Assembly (NCBI GenBank): GCA_951406725.2
Contig: OX597840.1
Span: forward strand, 23,622,001 to 23,686,000
DNA length: 64,000 nucleotides
Direction of reading: 5' to 3'
Origin: Octopus vulgaris
Lineage: Eukaryota
Every line of letters starts with the position of its first letter. Positions within the stretch are counted from its first letter, which is position 1. The position numbers were made by a program, and so were the translations under genes. Shown one piece after another: positions 28,660 through 41,252 of this stretch. The notes below the pieces were generated by a model. It worked only from the letters and a program-made list of their open reading frames with translations, did no database searches and had not been told where the DNA came from.

Positions 28660-31290
28660 GTTTGACTTTTGCTTTGTTTGTACAAGTTGGCTCCAAGTCT
28701 CACCCAGAGACCTCAAGAGACAACAGGTTGGAAGTTCACGTTGTTGTTATACCTAGTGTGCCATATATTTGGGGGTTTTTGGTGTTGTACTAGTGAATGT
28801 CTAATAAATAAATTTTAAAAAAAAAGTTTGTTTTAAACCTTGGGATTACATAGAGAGTATTTTGCGCAGGATATGAGCAGTTCCCTACCTTTTGAATTTC
28901 TGCCATTTTGGGGTTTCCTGGTATCTGAGTTAGGTAGCAATCAGCCCCTTTCGCTATCATTCCCAGGGCACCTATGACAACAGGTATTATTTAAGTCTTC
29001 AGGTTCCACATTTTGCTGATTTCTATTTCAAGATCTTTATATTTGCTCAGTTTTTGGTAGGTCTTGACGGATACGTTTATATCGATTGGGACAGTCATAT
29101 CTATGAGGAGGCATGTTCTTTGTCTGAAGTCTTTCAATATGATGTCTGGCCTATTTGCGTCTATCTTTCTGTCAGTTTGAATGGTGAAGTTCCAGAGGAG
29201 TGAGATGTGGTCATTTTCAAGCGCTGAAGGTGGATTGTGTTCCCACTAGTTTTATTCATGGGGCAAATCCAGGTTTTTGCAAATTACCCAGTGAATATAT
29301 TGTGCAGCTCTATCATGCCTGTTGAGGTACTCTGTAGGCGCTAGAAGACTGCATTTGGAGACAACATGATCAATGGTTTCATTTTGTTGTCGGCATGCAT
29401 GACATGTTGGGCTACTGCTGTTCTTTAATATGTTGGCCTGGTAGTTTCTTGTTGGTAGGCATTGATCTTGAGCTGCTATGATAAACCCTTCTGTTTCAGA
29501 TTTTAAGCCAGAGGCCATTAGCCATTGATGGGTCAGGGCTTTGTCAATATCTGCATTATTCGCTCTCTTTGGGTATTTGCCATAGAGAGGTTTTTCTTGC
29601 CATTTATTATTCAGAATATCTAGGGCCGCAGTTTTGGCATGGGTTTTCATGCGCATAGCTTTTTCTGTGCTTGTTTCTTGTATGTCTATCTCTAATTCCG
29701 AAATTTGTTGTATTCGGAATTCACTTAGATATTCCTTTGCCTGTTTTGTTACTGAGTATGATGCTTTCTTGTTTTCATGTTTTGAGACAAGTTTTAACAT
29801 CCAGTCCTCAGACTTTTTCAGGTAGGTGTCTAGGCCAATTGTAGCAATCTTCATTGTTATTGCCAGTTGTAAAAGACCACGGCCTCCCTCTTTTCTTGGC
29901 AGATAAAGTCGTTCTGTATCTGCCTTAGGGTGGTGCATTCTATGCATTGTCAACAGTTTTCGTATTTTTCTGTCGAGCTGACATATTTCAGTAATTGACC
30001 AGTTAACGATATTGAAACTGTAAGTTACGACTGGTATGGCTAATGCATTGATCGCTTCGATCCTGTTTCTTGCATTCAGCTCTGTCTTGAGTATTGCTCT
30101 CACTCTTCGATAACATTCTCTCCTGATCCTTTCCTTCATCTCTGAATGCCTTATTCCATTCCCTTCAATTACCCCTAGGTACTTGTAGCTCTCCGCTGGG
30201 TCTAGTTCTTTTATGACATTCTGCTGGTCAAGGTTAACATTAGATGTTTCTGTCATTTTTCCTTTGATAAAGGTAGCTTTTGCACATTTATCGAGGCTGA
30301 ATTGCATTCTGATGTCGTCACTGAATTGTTTGACTATCGCTTGTAAGCCCTTGAGTTGTTGGTCATTTTTTGCAAAAAGCTTTAAATCATCCATGTAAAT
30401 GAGATGGTTTATATTTTTATCAAACATTTTATACCCGTACTGCGCATCATTGAGCAGTTTTGAGAGAGGTATTAAGGCTAAACAAAAGAGGAGTGGTGAC
30501 AGTGAGTCACCCTGGAAAATGCCACATGAAATTTTTACATCACCAGCATTTAGGGATTCATTGTCACTGTCCAGAGTTAGTGTGGTTCTCCGTGATCTCA
30601 TACTTACAGTCAAAAAGTTTCGCAGAGTAGGTGCTATCTTATACATTTCCAGGCATTTCCTAATCCAGCTATGTGGTAGGCTATCAAAAGCCTTTTTATA
30701 GTCTATCCAGGCTATTGATAAGTTTTTGTGTCGTTTGTGACGATCTTCTAAGATCATCTTATTGATGAGTAGTTGATCTTTACAGCCGTAGGATCCACGT
30801 TTACATCCTTTCTGTTCATTAGGGAATATGCTGCTGTCTGTTAAAAAACTATAAGTATATTCCGTCAGGACAGATGTTAGCGTTTTATACATAGTTGTTA
30901 AGCAGGTTATGGGTCTATAGTTTTTTGGTTCATTTGTTTCTTCACTTTTTGGAAGCAGGAATGTTAACCCATTAACTAGCCAAGGAGGAATCCTACTAGG
31001 GTGTTGCAAAACATCATTGTAAAGTTCTGTTAGCAGTTCATGGCTCTCTGGGAAGACATTCAACCAGAAGTTAGGAATTTTATCCTTTCCTGGAGACTTC
31101 CATTTGCTTGACCTCCTGAGAGCAGATCTTATATCTTCTACCTTGACACCCTCCCACTTTTGCTCTTCTAAGGAGTCCAGTTCTGTAGATATTCTGTCAC
31201 TCCAGGGGGCCCTTTCGTTGTGTGTTTTTTCTTCTGCCCAAATTTTATTCCAAAATCCCTGCACTTCTTCTTTTGATGGTACAGACCTTA
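28657..31290 (-). mobile_element. 5'-truncated R4/Dong-like non-LTR retrotransposon (RT + CCHC knuckle + restriction-like endonuclease) in (TAA)n
   Basis: 670-aa ORF with KNYRPITCL, DYKKAFDS, GIFQGDSLSP, YMDDLKL, CxxC-HVVSKC and RHD; the frame continues past stops into NRPDII and KLSKYKDL; flanked by TAA repeats. Confidence 0.92.
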
Positions 31291-31568
31291 CTACTATTAT
31301 TATTATTATTAAGTTTATTATTAAGCTGGCGTTTAGAACAAATTAATTTCAAGTTATTATTAAGCTTATTATTATTATTATTATTATTATCGTTATTATT
31401 ATTATTATTTTTTTTTCTTTCAAATTTGCTTCCATTTCTTGCCGAGTGTCTTCCCGACTCCTAGGGCAAAGAAACTCATAGTATACATTGGTAGGCCATT
31501 AAACTAAACTCAATAGTTCGTTCATTTTTTTTAAGTTAAATTAAAATACATGGGTAGTAATTATTATT

Positions 31569-31600
<32 letters not shown>

Positions 31601-31680
31601 TATTATTATTATTATCATTATTATTATTATTATTATCATCATTATTATTATTATTATCATTATTATTATTATTATTATTA

Positions 31681-31714
<34 letters not shown>

Positions 31715-31869
31715 ATTTATTATTAAGCTGGCGTTTAGAACAAATTAATTTGAAGTTTTGATGGATGGTTTTAATTTAGATGGCTTTAATCCTTTTTCTG
31801 TTTTTTTTACTACATACATTTCTGTTGTAATAAATTGTCTTTCATCAACATCATCCGCATCAGCGTCAG

Positions 31870-33480
31870 CATCCTTTAACATTTATTTTCCATGCTGGCA
31901 TGGGTTGGACGTTTTGACCTTAGCTGTCAAGCTGGAGAACAGCACGAGGTTTGGGTTCTACAGCTGGATACGCTTTCTACAGTGTTTGTGGCGTGGTTTT
32001 AATGTGCCACTGGCGCGATCACCTTTTCGTGGCACTGGTATGGGTTATTTTTACGTGGCACCAGCAGAGGACTCTTGGAGATCATTCCTTTGCACCAGGG
32101 TCTGCGGCTTTAACACTTCTGCTTTGGAGGGCAGGTCTTGAGTACAAGAAGGCCCCAGGTTATCTCAATCCTTTGTCATCTTGTCTGAAAAGTTTTGCTT
32201 CCTGAGGGTGTCTTTCAGTACTCCGACCTATGTCTTCCTGGGTCTCCTACTTCCACAAGTTTTATCCGCTTTGAGGGAATGTCACTTCTTTATGAAGCTG
32301 TCGGTATCCATCTGCATCTCATGACCAAACTCAGGCAGTCTTCTCTCTTGCACACTGCATCTAATCCCTCTTATACCTAACTTCGCTTTCAGCAGATTAA
32401 CAATCTGTCGTATATGTACACTTACATTACACATTCAGAGGAGTATACTACCCTCATTCCTCTGTAGCCATCGCATGTCCTCTGCTTCCAGGCCCCACGT
32501 CTCGCTACCGTGTAGAATTGCGGTTCATATGCATGCATCACATTTGCTTCTTTTCACTAGATCAGAGAAATATTTCGTTGCCAACGGAGCTAAAAACTCT
32601 CTAAATTTTCTCTATCCTATTCTTATTCTAGCTATTGTAGTTTTAGTATATTCTCCCCCACTACTAATTTGATCCCCTAGTTAGCAGGAATTATCCACTA
32701 CCTTTCAAGAACCTCAAGGACATCTAAAAAAATCAATCTCATGAATATCTATAATTTTTACGGTTCGTATGCATTTTCTACATATGAACACTACTTTCTC
32801 TGATAACCTTCCTATCATGCCACTGTACCCCTTGTATGTCCATAGCTTACACACACTATACCATATGGAATTCCTGCCTACACCTTTCCTGCAAATCGGG
32901 CAGGGCCACATACCTGAAGTGGGTAGTGTCTTGTCTGTTTTCTTGCTTAGTAAACCTTAAGGCCCTTAGATTCCAGGCTGTGCTTCCATACTTGGAATTT
33001 CTTTTCTAGCGCTGATATAGAATCTGCTATGATGCTATGAGGGCAAGATAGTCAGTATAAAGTACTTCCCAAAGGCTGACAGTCTTGAATTCCTCTGTTA
33101 TTGCCTGGAGGACAATAATGAAAAGTAGGGGACTAAGGATTGAGCCTAGATGAACACCAAATTCTTTGCTTTTCTCGTGGTTAATTCTCAACTTACTGAC
33201 AGCGCACAGTAGATGTGCTTTATCGAAGGCTTTCTATAGTTCATTTCGTATGTCTTGACGTTCTGAGTTCAAATTCCGCCGAGGCTGACTTTGCCTTTGA
33301 TCCTTTCTGAGTAATGGTATATTCTTGGCTAAGTATTTCTCTTGAAGTTGCCTGACTATAGAAATAGCCTCAGCCGTACTTCTCCCCAGGGTAAAACCGA
33401 GCTGCATTTTGTCTAACCTATATCTTCTCCTAACTAGTTGGGCTATAATTTTCAAGGCTTTTTTCAATCTCCATCAATGT
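31870..33480 (-). mobile_element. Degraded RTE-clade LINE with a SINE fragment inserted near 33240-33305
   Basis: STAEAISIVRQLQEKYL and WPCPICRKGVGRNSI fragments; RTE-type 3' UTR. Confidence 0.8.
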
Positions 33481-34321
33481 TGTTTTTAGGCGGGACCTTT
33501 TGCTACTTTTGGAATGTTGGTTGAAGCGATTTGCAACCTTTGTCCGTCTCTCATGAGGATCTTCCTCTCCCTTGGAATCTCCTTCTTTTTTGTGTTAGCC
33601 TTGTGCTCTGGGACATATTTCTGGCATATGGCTTGCATAACAGACATGAAATATTCTAGTTTCATGCCAATGTCTGGTGTGAAGAGACATTTTGGCCAGT
33701 ACTATCTGAGGATCTCTTTTTGGATCAATTTCCAGGCTGCTTTGAAGAAGTTCAGAAGTGAGAGATTTTGGGTGCTTTCTGTGGTCAGCTATAAGTTTCC
33801 TTTTCTAGATTTTGGATGAAGGCTAATGTAAAAATATTGGCTGAGAGAAATAGAAACTGTATATTGACTGACAATTGTGTCTACAAGGAGGTTCTACTTT
33901 AAAACAAAATGTGCATTTTAAGTAAGTTTCACAAAATGGAATTTACAACTTTCATTTTTTGAAAAATTCCACAGGATATTTAAACTATATAACAATGAAA
34001 GTGTTTAGGGAGATGCTGGGACTTACAACAACAACAACAACAACAACAAATGAAATTTCAAAGTTTGTCTTTATTTCCACAGTTAATCTCAAACAACGAA
34101 GGAGCCAAACCAATAAAGGGGTCTGCATGTGGTAGATAGATCTGCTAGAATTAGTAACCAAATCCTACTCCATTCAAAACCTATTGCCTTAAAGAGGGAT
34201 ACATTTAACAATGTGGTTCTGTTCTCTATACTTAGGGAAAAGACATGATGGTCCTGGATGGAAGGCATTTGATAATAGATCTGTGGTGAAGATAGATGTG
34301 GGACTAAGCAACAGCAAGAAT

Positions 34322-34539
34322 TTACAAAGAAATTCGATTGAATTCTGATGATAAACATTCAATTGCAATGAAACATTCAGTTTTTTCAAGTGCTTCTTTT
34401 AATATTCGAAGTGTACGTTTTGCCGGATCACAACTTTGAACCCATGTCAGAAGCATCTGGAAACTTTGTTCCCTAACGCTATGAGAATGGTCAAGCTTGA
34501 TGATGTCCAGGTCATGTTGTTTAATTCCTAATTCCCTTC
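34322..34539 (-). CDS. Terminal exon, death domain GRELGIKQHDLDIIKLDHSHSVREQSFQMLLTWVQSCDPAKRTLRILKEALEKTECFIAIECLSSEFNRISL*
   Basis: Acceptor tatttcttttgcag|, phase 1; RELG, EQxxQMLxxW and TLxxLxxAL death-fold pattern; minus-strand AATAAA at 34070-34075. Confidence 0.88.
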
Positions 34540-36329
34540 CTGCAAAAGAAATAAGAAATAATTGCAACCGCATTAATGATAATATAAAATCTGTATTAAT
34601 TACGACAAAGAAATTATGTGAATAGAAGAGTGAGAGATACTTAAGAAACAGGTAAATTAGAAGACATTGTTATCTATTTCTAAAGATGTTGATAAAAATA
34701 CCAAAGAATTTGAAAAAAAGGCTGGAGAAGGAGAAGAATATTTAAAAAAAATTAATTGAAAATTACACATGAGAAAATGCCTGGTGAACAACTGGCAGAA
34801 GAAGTGTATGAGAGCCTAAAGAATCAACAAAGACCACCAATAGTTAGATAATTTTATCCATCTGTCCATCTTCTCTGGGCTCTATTCATAGGAGAGTTTT
34901 AGGGGTAGAGTCTTCAGGCACCTCCTTCATGCAATTCTATCAGAAGCAACCTTCATTAGAAGTTCTGAAAGGATTTCCAAACATGACCAATTGAAACTAT
35001 GGATATCATCCAACCATCTCATTCTTGCTCTACCCCTAGGTCTCCTGTCAGTTGGCTCAGCTTGAAGAATCCCTCTTGTGGTTCTTTCCTGTGACATTTT
35101 AATCACATGCCAGGAGTACTGGAGCTGTGAATTCTCAATGCAGAGAAGCAGTCGCTTGACCTGGAGAGACCCCAAATCTCCAGCCTGCACACCTTGTTGA
35201 GTAACGTTATTCCAGAGACTCTTTGGAGGAATACAATCTCAGTCGTTTGATAATGTCCTGTGATCAATACCTGAAATAGTCATTTGTGATGTCTTTCCAC
35301 CTATGATTAATAGAAATTTCAAAATTATCAACATTTAGAAATATTTCAAAAATGGGGATTGTGAACCTAAATGATTTCAACCACAGAAAGTAAAAATAAA
35401 ATACTGTTAGGTAAATATCACATATTATAGAGGGCACTGGTGTAAGGTTTTTGGATTCATGACTTATAACAAGAACTTCTTTCATTGGATCAAGGCCACA
35501 ATTTCGAAGAATTTAATACAGGAGAGGCCTTAGCAATGAGAAGAGTTTTAGTTTGTAGGCAATAAGACAAGAATCACCAACATCTACGTCATACACCTAC
35601 AACACTTGGGTCCTGAAAGAATCATTGCATCCACAAACAAGCAAGTTTACAGGGAGGGCAGGTTAAGGTTAGGAAAGGACTTTGTAAGTAGCAGATATAC
35701 AGGAATAGTTTGTAGTAGGAACAAGTAATAAAGACATAGTTGATAGTTTCTGTTATCTAAGAGACAGAATTAGAAGTGGAGGAGACTATTCTGAAAGCAC
35801 AGTAGTTAGAAGGAAAATGAGATGAAAAATGTACAGGGAGCTGTTAGGTCTACTGGCAACTAAGGGATTCTGTCTCCAAATGAAGGAGAGAGTGCAATGT
35901 TACATGGAATGTGGAGGATGCGTGGAAACAGGCAGGAAATGAGATGAGCACACATCACTAAATGTGTAATGTTAATGCGTTGAAAAATCTGTGATAGTGT
36001 ACAAGAAAAAAGATAATGGTATAGATATAGAAGGGACATGGAGGATGAAATTTGGATAAAGAAATGCCTGGCAATCAAGTTGAAGGAAACAAGCGATCAA
36101 ACTGGACAAAGGACCACAACAACTCTGGGAAGTCGTCTGACCATTACAAACTTAGAAAAATGGATGTAAGATGATGATGATAATGGACCTGGATTGATTT
36201 TTGCCCAGTATATGACTGGTACATCTTGTATGACTCCCAGAGGTATAGCAAGCTGGCAATGTTGTAGATGATGTCCTTTCTTAATTTAGATAAATCATTT
36301 CTGAGTGCGAACTTCCATGCTACATGGCA

Positions 36330-37080
36330 GTGAAACATGGGTCATGACTGCTGAGGACATGTTGGACATGAGAAGCTTTAAACGTGGTGTGTGAGAGAGA
36401 TGACTACGCTGGTATGGTCATGTATTACGTATGGATGAGGACAACTGTGTGAAGAAGTGCCACTTCCTAACTGTAGAAGGAACCTGTGGAAGAGGTATAT
36501 CCAGGAAGACATGGGATGAGATGATGAAGCATGGCCTTCGAACATTGGGCCTCACAGAGGCAATGACAGGAGACCAAGATTTGGGAAATATGCTGTGATT
36601 GAGAAAACCCGGCAACTAAAATGAGATCATAGCCATGGCCAATGCCAGTGTTGTATGTCCGGCCCATTCAAGAGCACCCTTGATGCATTGGGTGATATGA
36701 TATGCTTGAGAAGACCTGTTGAGTCAAGTAAAACCAAAATTGCAGCTGTGGCCAGTGCCCCCTGACTAGCCCCCGTTCTGGTGGCACATGAAAGCCATCA
36801 TCTGAATGTGGTCAATGCCAGTGCGATCTGACTGACTCCCTGTGTTGGTGGCACGTAAAAAGGACCATCCGAACATGACTGATGCCAGGACCACCTGACT
36901 GACTTCCATGCTGGCGGCACATAAAAAGCACCCACTACACACTCGGAAGGGCATCCAGCTGTAGAAACACTGCCAGATCAGATTGGAGCCTGGTGCAGCC
37001 ATTGGCTCTCCAGACTTCAGTCAAACCGTCCAACTCATACCAGCATGGAAAATGGATGTCAAATGATGATGATGATGATT
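36330..37080 (+). mobile_element. RTE LINE 3' end and UTR with (GAT)n tail
   Basis: LRWYGHVLRMDEDNCVKKC; same 3' UTR as 56500-57280 in the opposite orientation. Confidence 0.8.
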
Positions 37081-38047
37081 TATATCAGCTGACTCAGGGG
37101 ATATTATCATGATCTCTTGAGTCAAGTCTAGTCCCCAGTATAGCTCAAAAGTGCTTGTAAAGACGTTTCTCTATGCTGCAGTCCATCTAGATGTATATAG
37201 GTACCATAGGGAGGTAGAAGACATTGCTGTAAATAATAGGGGCATTGCTGTAAATAATAGTATAAATGATATTTTATGTTGTTAAACTGTCAGACAAGGG
37301 GAAATGGGATATTGTGATGTTCATGCCTTTCCATGTGACATTTGTAAAGTAAAGGAGAGTGAAATGATTTCAATTGAGAAACAAAATTGCGTTGAGTTTG
37401 AATTTTCTGTTGAGATTCTTTTTTTGTAATATAAGAATGTGTTTCATTAACTTACAATGCTGAGTTCAATCCAGCCATGAACACAATCAACAATGGGGCC
37501 TGTCTTCAATAAAGACAGGAAATATATTTTGACCTGGGACTAAAGAATTACAATAAATATAGAAAAACACAGATTGGCCAGGGGAGAGACGACATGTCCC
37601 ACACAATGCACACACCCATGTTAAAAAGTTTGCATTTGATAATGTGGTCCTCTTCACCCAAGAGAAAACATGATGGCACATCTGGAACCCTTTCCCCTTA
37701 ATTCTGCCAGATTAAGGGAGATATCTGCCTCAACCTACCAGTAAACTTACTAAAAGTGTAATCAAGCAAAAACATTGTCATTAATTCACCTGTTTACTCT
37801 TAAATGACAATATTTTTGAGTCCCCTTTTACAAATGACAGTATTAACTCTACTGTATCTCCTAATTTATACATTTTACAACTGTGCTGACGTCCGTAGAT
37901 ATTTTATGAAATTTCAGTGATAGCTTTACTGTATAGCTAAACTTTCAATTGGAAATTAGGAATGGAACCAGTTCTCAGTCATTCAAACAAACAAAAGTTT
38001 AGCTGAAAGCAAAATTTATAGAAATTAATTGGGTATTTTATACTCAC

Positions 38048-38119
38048 CAAGTTCCTGCTATTTACCTGCCAAGCTTCTGGACACCCAATGAAGATGCTTA
38101 TCCTCTAGCATTACAGAAT
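38048..38119 (-). CDS. Death-domain exon 1: DSVMLEDKHLHWVSRSLAGK*QEL(G), with an in-frame TAG at the conserved Trp position
   Basis: Acceptor atttatttcag|, donor G|gtgagt; 72 nt, phase 1 to 1; aligns to death-domain helix 1/2 (LGxDWxxLxRxLG); TAG = cta at 38058-38060. Confidence 0.8.
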
Positions 38120-39084
38120 CTGAAATAAATATTTCCAAATTTTACACTTCATAGCACAATTTCCCGATCTCTGTTAATGGTTTATATTTTATTATTGTAA
38201 GACATTCCTATCATCAATGGACAACTTCTGACCACTATAGGTTTGGTTAATAGATTTATATTTTCTACTGTGGTCTTATATAATGGCTCAATATTTAGGC
38301 CCATAGTAAAATAGTCTGACCTTCCTAAGCCTCCTTTTTCTATTAAGACATCCTACTTAATCTAACAATGTTGCAATCATCTCATTTAATTATCTTTTCT
38401 CTCTCTTATATCTGTGCTAAACCTATGACATGGCAGTGTCCCCTCACCACAGGACTTCACTAATCAACATTCCCCTCTTCTTTTGTTTAATTCTGATGTC
38501 AACCAAGCTGGTCATCAACGACCTTGACACAAACTCATGTCACACCTGTTATCTTTGTCAAACGTTGCTGCTTTTAATCTTTAATTTTAACTGTGCAACT
38601 CACAGTTCACCAGAATTTCATCTGATTCAGAAAATATCTAAAGACACCTTAATGAAATAGTTTCCTTTCCTGATGAGCAATGATTAGTTCTACACAGGTA
38701 AAACAGAAAGTGATAACAAGTATCCTAAAACTGTATACTTGCACAAAACATCTTAAATGAAACACAAATGTTCATACACTGATTATTGCAAAGGAAAAAT
38801 ATCTGAAATGGTATATAAGAAATGATATTCAAGAATATATAATCAAGGTGGTGATATAGATAACAATGAGATGAGAGAAAAGTGAATGTGTCTCATTATG
38901 GGGAGAGAATCACTTCAGGATTTATATTTTATCTTTTTTTCTATATTTTCCTTATCGTGAGGGACCTTTTTCCTGTGTCTCATGATTCCATATTTTGATA
39001 AAAATCCCTTTATTGTATATTCTTGCATTTGTAGGTAGTGAATAGAATTACTTTTATCACTAACCATTTGAAAGAAATGTAACA

Positions 39085-40230
39085 ATGGAACCTGTTCTCA
39101 GTCATTCACACAAATAATATATCTCAGGTGAAGGTAAAATTTATAGAAATCAATTACAGTTATTTTATACTCACCAACAGACTCTACAACCGTCTGGACT
39201 TCTTTCTCTTCAAACTTTGGACACACTGAAATAAGAATTGAAAATTAAGAATGGAACCTCTTCTCAGTCATTCACAAAAACAATATTTCTCAGGTGAAAG
39301 TAAAATTTATAGAAATCAATTACAGTTATTTTATACTCACCAACAGACTCTACAACCGTCTGGACTTCTTTCTCTTCAAACTTTGGACACACTGAAATAA
39401 GAATTGAAAATTAAGAATGGAACCTCTTCTCAGTCATTCACAAAAACAATATTTCTCAGGTGAAAGTAAAATTTATAGAAATCAATTACAGTTATTTTAT
39501 ACTCACCAACAGACTCTACAACCGTCTGGACTTCTTTCTCTTCAAACTTTGGACACACTGAAATAAGAATTGAAAATTAAGAATGGAACCTCTTCTCAGT
39601 CATTCACAAAAACAATATTTCTCAGGTGAAAGTAAAATTTATAGAAATCAATTACAGTTATTTTATACTCACCAATAGATTCTGAAACCGTCTGGACTGC
39701 TTTCTCTTCAGACTTTGGACACTCTGAAATAAGAATTGAAAATTAAGGATGGAACCTCTTCTCAGTCATTCACAAAAACAATATTTCTCAGGTGAAAGTA
39801 AAATTTATAGAAATCAATTACAGTTATTTTATACTCACCAATAGATTCTGAAACCGTCTGGACTGCTTTCTCTTCAGACTTTGGACACTCTGAAATAAGA
39901 ATTGAAAATTAAGAATGGAACCTCTTCTCAGTCATTCACAAAAACAATATTTCTCAGGTGAAAGTAAAATTTATAGAAATCAATTACAGTTATTTTATAC
40001 TCACCAATAGATTCTGAAACCGTCTGGACTGCTTTCTCTTCAGACTTTGGACACTCTGAAATAAGAATTGAAAATTAAGAATGGAACCTCTTCTCAGTCA
40101 TTCACAAAAACAATATTTCTCAGGTGAAAGTAAAATTTATAGAAATCAGTTACAGTTATTTTATACTCACCAACAGACTCTGCACCCACCTGGACTGCTT
40201 TCTCTTCAAACTTTGGACACACTGAAATAA
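39085..40230. repeat. 166-bp tandem repeat, about 7 copies (exon+intron unit), three sequence variants
   Basis: Exact 166-bp periodicity of the donor sites at 39175, 39341, 39507, 39673, 39839, 40005, 40171. Confidence 0.97.
39175..40221 (-). CDS. Seven 51-nt phase-1 microexons: 40171-40221 (VCPKFEEKAVQVGAESV); 40005-40055, 39839-39889, 39673-39723 (ECPKSEEKAVQTVSESI); 39507-39557, 39341-39391, 39175-39225 (VCPKFEEKEVQTVVESV)
   Basis: Each copy has acceptor ttatttcag| and donor G|gtgagta, no stop, and is in phase with the RING and death-domain exons; 115-nt introns. Confidence 0.8.
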
Positions 40231-41109
40231 GCATTTCAAAGTTTTATACTTCATAGTAAAATTTGTTTGTCTCTTTTAATAATCTATATTCCATTATTGT
40301 AAGGCATTCATATCATCAATAGTCAATTGGTGACCACTATGCTTTCAGTCAACACTTTCTAAGCTGTTACTGTATAATAGTAACAGCTGTATAATAGTAA
40401 CAGTAATATTTACAACCACAACAAAATAGGCAAACCTTTCTAAATCTCATCTTTCTCTTAAGACATCCTATATACTAATCTAACAATTCTGAAATTCTCT
40501 CATTCAGTTATCACTTCATAACACTCTTTTTCTCTTAGTTTTGTTGTTTCTTCTTATGTCTTTGCTGGACAAGTTTAACGCAAAATTTCACAGTGGTTAT
40601 TTGTTCCTGCTCATTAGAAAATTGCAGACTACAGCCTACAAATGACCACAAAAGCACAAATTTCATAACTTTTGAAGTAAATGCAGTGGTGTCACCCAGC
40701 ACACTGCCTCATGAAAGTCATTGCTAGCTCTCACTGTGCGTGCAACGATGTGCTGCCATCAGTTGGTATGCTACAGAACTAGTCCGTGAACTTTCTGATA
40801 CCACCTTGGAGCAATGACCAGGCTTCATGTTCGAATTAAAATGAATCAACTCAAAAGTAAAGCCAAAAGGTGAAAGAGTCAGAAAACAATGTCTTGTCTA
40901 GTATTAATCACATCTAAAAACTAACGAGTGTGAGTATAAAATGTCTAAAAACTAACGAGTGTGAGTATAAAATGGCAAACATTATAACAAGTGTTAATAA
41001 TATATAGTTACAAACAAGAAGTTGCATGTCTCCACTACAATATGAAGTGCATTATTCCATACCAGAAAGTTAATGAGACAACAGACGGATCAAGAAAGAA
41101 TGTTCTTAC

Positions 41110-41252
41110 CAAATCCACTTTTGCTGCGTATGTGTTGTTGACATATGAGGCATTGCTTAAATATCATTTGAGAACAGCAATTCTGACAAATAACAGTATG
41201 TTGACATGGATGGAGTGTGACAGTAGCCTTTTTCTCTTGACACCACCGACAC
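41110..41252 (-). CDS. C3HC4 RING finger exon CRWCQEKKATVTLHPCQHTVICQNCCSQMIFKQCLICQQHIRSKSGF
   Basis: Acceptor ttttgttccacag|, donor G|gtaaga; 143 nt, phase 2 to 1; all 8 Zn ligands present, with PCxH as in MIB/IAP-type RINGs. Confidence 0.92.

Noticed and set aside
39085-40230. CRISPR-like array (constant repeats with variable inserts)
   Set aside because: Eukaryotic context, 115-nt constant parts, inserts that are homologous to each other and bounded by AG/GT, and no cas genes; explained as an exon-intron tandem duplication.
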